Shown here piece after piece: positions 62,240 through 64,000 of a DNA stretch of 64,000 nucleotides. Numbering within the stretch: position 1 is the stretch's first letter; the number at the start of each line of letters is the position of its first letter. The stretch lies in the NCBI RefSeq assembly GCF_006345805.1, contig NC_043005.1:102114001-102178000 (forward strand), read 5' to 3'. A program made the position numbers and the translations under genes. The notes under the pieces are model-generated. The model worked only from the letters and a program-made list of their open reading frames with translations. It did not search any database and had not been told where the DNA came from. Origin of the DNA: Octopus sinensis. Taxonomy: Eukaryota.

Positions 62240-63634
62240 ATGCTCCAACGATTTTACCACTCTACTACCGAAGAGCGACGTGAAATGAACAATGTGCCAC
62301 CCGGTCCGAAAATTAAACCCGTGATATTGCCATCGCGAGAGTAACACCTTAACTGGTAGGTCACGCCAGGAGAAGGCAACAGGAAATTATTCCAGTATTC
62401 ATCTCACTGAATTGTTTGGCAGAATACGTGTGACACAGTATGGGACAAAGATATACCATTTCAATGACTGTTGCTATCAGCTAGACAGACTTCTGAACTA
62501 TTTTCGTCTTCAAAATTTCACTCTCAAAGCATGGGGCAATTGTAGGGCATAGGAAATGACATTTGCTCAAAATACCACACGGTTGGATCGAATCTGGTGC
62601 TCATTGACGCTAAGCTAACTTGATAACCATTCAACCACACTACACTTTCACACACACACACACACACACAACACACACACACACAATATAACACATAGAA
62701 ACACCGATACATACGCGACATGGACGTGAATGTATACATATAAATACACATCCACACGTAGTTTCAACGAACCAACACCACATATCAAATTATAATATAT
62801 ATTACATTCTAAATATGCATTTTGTCATTTATTCAGTGAACGTCCTTTGGTATTGTGCATTGGATAACGGCTATATTTAAATATACATAATTTACATGCA
62901 CAAATACATGCAAGCCCTCCCCTTCCTCTCCCCGTCTCTTTCCACCATATTCAAATACACTCAACCACACATATATGTGTGAATGTATTAAAGATATTAC
63001 AGTGAGAATTAATATATTTAATGCAATGTTTCAAAGGTCGAATTATATATATCACAGTCACTTGCAGAGATTTGAGGTCATCGTGACATCACTACTTTGC
63101 ATCTATCATATACATATGCCGTTCAATAAGGAGATTTTCTCGTATTTCATACTATGAAGTCATCGAGGTTACTTCCTCTAAATACTTTATCTCCTATGTA
63201 TGTCTTATGTTAGTAGTTGATATGATAAATATATTAAAAATTTCCCCCCACCAAAATTTCATTTAACACTGTCAGTGGGAATTTAATAAATTTTACGTAA
63301 TAAAAGAGATTCATTCAGTGAAAAATGAAAACACAAATAAATAACAAGCGCTGCTCTGAAAGACACTCGAAATAAAATACAAATGTATAATTTTGATTCA
63401 CGCAACATTTTGCAAATAGAAATTAAGGACATAGTACAAAAATAGGTAACAAAATTATACGTACGCGTATATAATATAATTTTGCGTGCAATTCCACACA
63501 CACACGCACTCACATCTATATATATGTATATATATATATATATAATATATATATATATATTATATATATATATTATATATATATATATGAATATATATTT
63601 CTTACTTTCTCTCTCTCTGTCTCTGTCTTTCTCC

Positions 63635-63679
<45 letters not shown>

Positions 63680-64000
63680 CATATATACATTGTATATGTA
63701 TGTTTGTAATAAATTTCTGAATTAAATTCTATGATATAAATTCGAAATAGCGTGATAGATATAGGGATTAAAATTCAATATGTTACGTAACCGGAAACAA
63801 AGTACCAACTTCTGTAATAAAGGTGTCATTTCCTTAAATGTTTAGCACCTCTTTTTCTTTTTTCATATTTTTATATTTATCTTACTCCTACCTTCTTGTT
63901 TTTTCCTATTTTTCTATGTCTCTCTCGAATAAATGCTGCATACAAATATATTCTTATGCTTATATAATAAACTTTCTATCTATCTATCTATCTATCTATC

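Overview
AT-rich, microsatellite-dense animal (eukaryotic) DNA with no supportable host protein-coding exon. The SINE families and repeat style suggest an octopus genome; this is inferred from recall, not from a database search. Main coding relics: two decayed Tx1/L1-clade non-LTR retrotransposons on the minus strand. The first is full length (1285-6813) with an 18-bp target-site duplication (TSD) inside a 357-bp repeat; the second (41285-45190) is 5'-truncated within (TAGA)n. Also present: Dong/R4-type restriction-like-endonuclease (RLE) LINE 3' fragments and four copies of a ~556-bp non-coding element nested in (TAA)n (27.5-31.6 kb), Helitron, mariner and RTE relics, MITE-like elements and many tRNA-derived SINEs. 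Most striking is a set of six unrelated families (12 copies) of type I hammerhead ribozyme (HHR)-like motifs with palindromic minimal helix III. They lie in non-coding tandem/inverted units with Penelope-like (PLE)/retrozyme architecture. One family has a tRNA-type Pol III head, and another is the exact insertion target of the full-length Tx1 element. All RNA folds were read by eye and are untested.
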